From a virus, in the IMG/VR virus record IMGVR_UViG_3300012920_000031, positions 4,061 to 68,060 of that record: a DNA stretch of 64,000 bases; one strand, given 5' to 3'. Below, in pieces: positions 63,236-64,000 of the stretch (position 1 is the first letter of the stretch; each line of letters opens with the position of its first letter). The translations under genes were made by a program, and so were the position numbers. Below the pieces are notes generated by a model. The model made no database searches. It was not told the DNA's origin and saw nothing but the letters and a program-made list of their open reading frames with translations.

Positions 63236-64000
63236 TTAGTAATCCAAACGCACTCTCAGTGTCAGTTCGTTTGTTGGATCTTTTCGAAGTGGTTCAGAAA
63301 GCTTTGCCACTGCAAGAAGCTCATTGTCGGCAGCGTACAAACCAACAGTTGTAACATATGATCGTGGGGCAGCGAGTATGTCATCACCCTTTACTCTAAC
63401 CTTTGATCCTGAAAGATATGTTGGATTAGAACTATAGTTGAACTCGTTGTGACTCGCTCTACAAAAATAAATTGTTGAGTTAAGTTCAGTTGTATTATTG
63501 AACGAAAGATCAATTATCTTGTTTCTAATACCATCACAAATGTTAGTTATTGTAGATCCAGTTTCATTTGCGTGACCGATAAGATCTCTCAAGTTGCGGC
63601 CGCCGAGGTCAAAGGTTGGTGCAATACCCGGGATATTAGCACCCTTAGCATTTCGGAGGAACCCGTTGTTGTTCAAGCCGCCTGTGTGAAATAGCGAAGA
63701 TGTAATCGCCGCTACACCTGCTTGATAAAATAGTACTCCACATGGCCTTAGTTTGTTTGTAGCATCCAGTGAGGCTGTCATCATTTTATTTGAAGCAGAT
63801 GCATATAGTATACCGTATTCGCCGGCAGGTGAATTTACAAAGTATCCATCAGATCCGCTAAAATCTGTGATTGTTGCTGTGTATGTTGACGATGCGGTAA
63901 AATTACCGAGCCCAACTTTTAAGTTGAAAGAACCTTTCTTTATTTCATCTTTTACTAACAAGCGAGAAAAATTCAAAAATATTGTTTCATCCATCTTGCC
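63236..64000 (-). CDS. Virion structural protein, paralog of 62034..63233; probably 5'-truncated by window edge
   Basis: NYSSNPTY...YVTTVGLYAADNELLAVAKLSEPLRKD...LRVRLDY. Confidence 0.65.
   Translation of the reverse strand, partial: GKMDETIFLNFSRLLVKDEIKKGSFNLKVGLGNFTASSTYTATITDFSGSDGYFVNSPAGEYGILYASASNKMMTASLDATNKLRPCGVLFYQAGVAAITSSLFHTGGLNNNGFLRNAKGANIPGIAPTFDLGGRNLRDLIGHANETGSTITNICDGIRNKIIDLSFNNTTELNSTIYFCRASHNEFNYSSNPTYLSGSKVRVKGDDILAAPRSYVTTVGLYAADNELLAVAKLSEPLRKDPTNELTLRVRLDY

Noticed and set aside
1-64000. Genome-wide stop-codon reassignment (code 15 or code 4)
   Set aside because: Long genes are intact in code 11, and TAG and TGA terminate genes at sensible, tightly packed boundaries (for example 13875, 27209, 59979, 62034).
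1-64000. CRISPR array, tRNA/rRNA genes, integrase or transposase
   Set aside because: No regularly spaced DNA repeats, cloverleaf-sized intergenic regions or recombinase motifs were seen. Intergenic gaps are short. No covariance search was run.

Overview
This window is a fragment of a large T4-like (myovirus, jumbo-class) bacteriophage genome. All convincing genes lie on the minus strand and use the standard bacterial genetic code. Reading along the minus strand from the right end, it contains: two paralogous baseplate-type structural proteins, a J-domain protein, a RuvC-like resolvase, primase, small putative head-internal proteins, a fused SbcD-SbcC nuclease and a holin/spanin-like cassette. 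Next come TerL, portal, prohead protease, ribosomal protein bS21, scaffold, major capsid protein, neck proteins, a 1575-aa fibre, sheath, tube, the gp26/gp51-like chaperone pair, tape measure and baseplate genes. The replication and metabolism arm follows: mini-PolA, tubulin-like protein, SSB, RecA, 5'-3' exonuclease, helicase, class II RNR, IscA, GroES, ThyX, a myxobacterial-type Cys-repeat/vWA lipoprotein, DnaE, an L,D-transpeptidase-like enzyme, dUTPase, a GMP reductase/IMPDH-family enzyme, a stand-alone sigma-4 protein and ClpP. Two promoter classes are visible: sigma70-like TTGAC(A/T)-N17-TAnnAT, and a probable late motif ACTA(T/A/G)TTA. The most notable observations are four small ORFs and one edge-truncated ORF missed by the track, a likely +1 frameshift in the tail chaperone, and an amber-separated Cys peptide in frame with the prohead protease. 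Others are an internal translation start in the fibre, shared capsid-address peptides, a pervasive (S/T)-(G/A)-S motif in exterior virion proteins, and Myxococcota-like domains. All calls come from motif recognition by eye; no searches were run.
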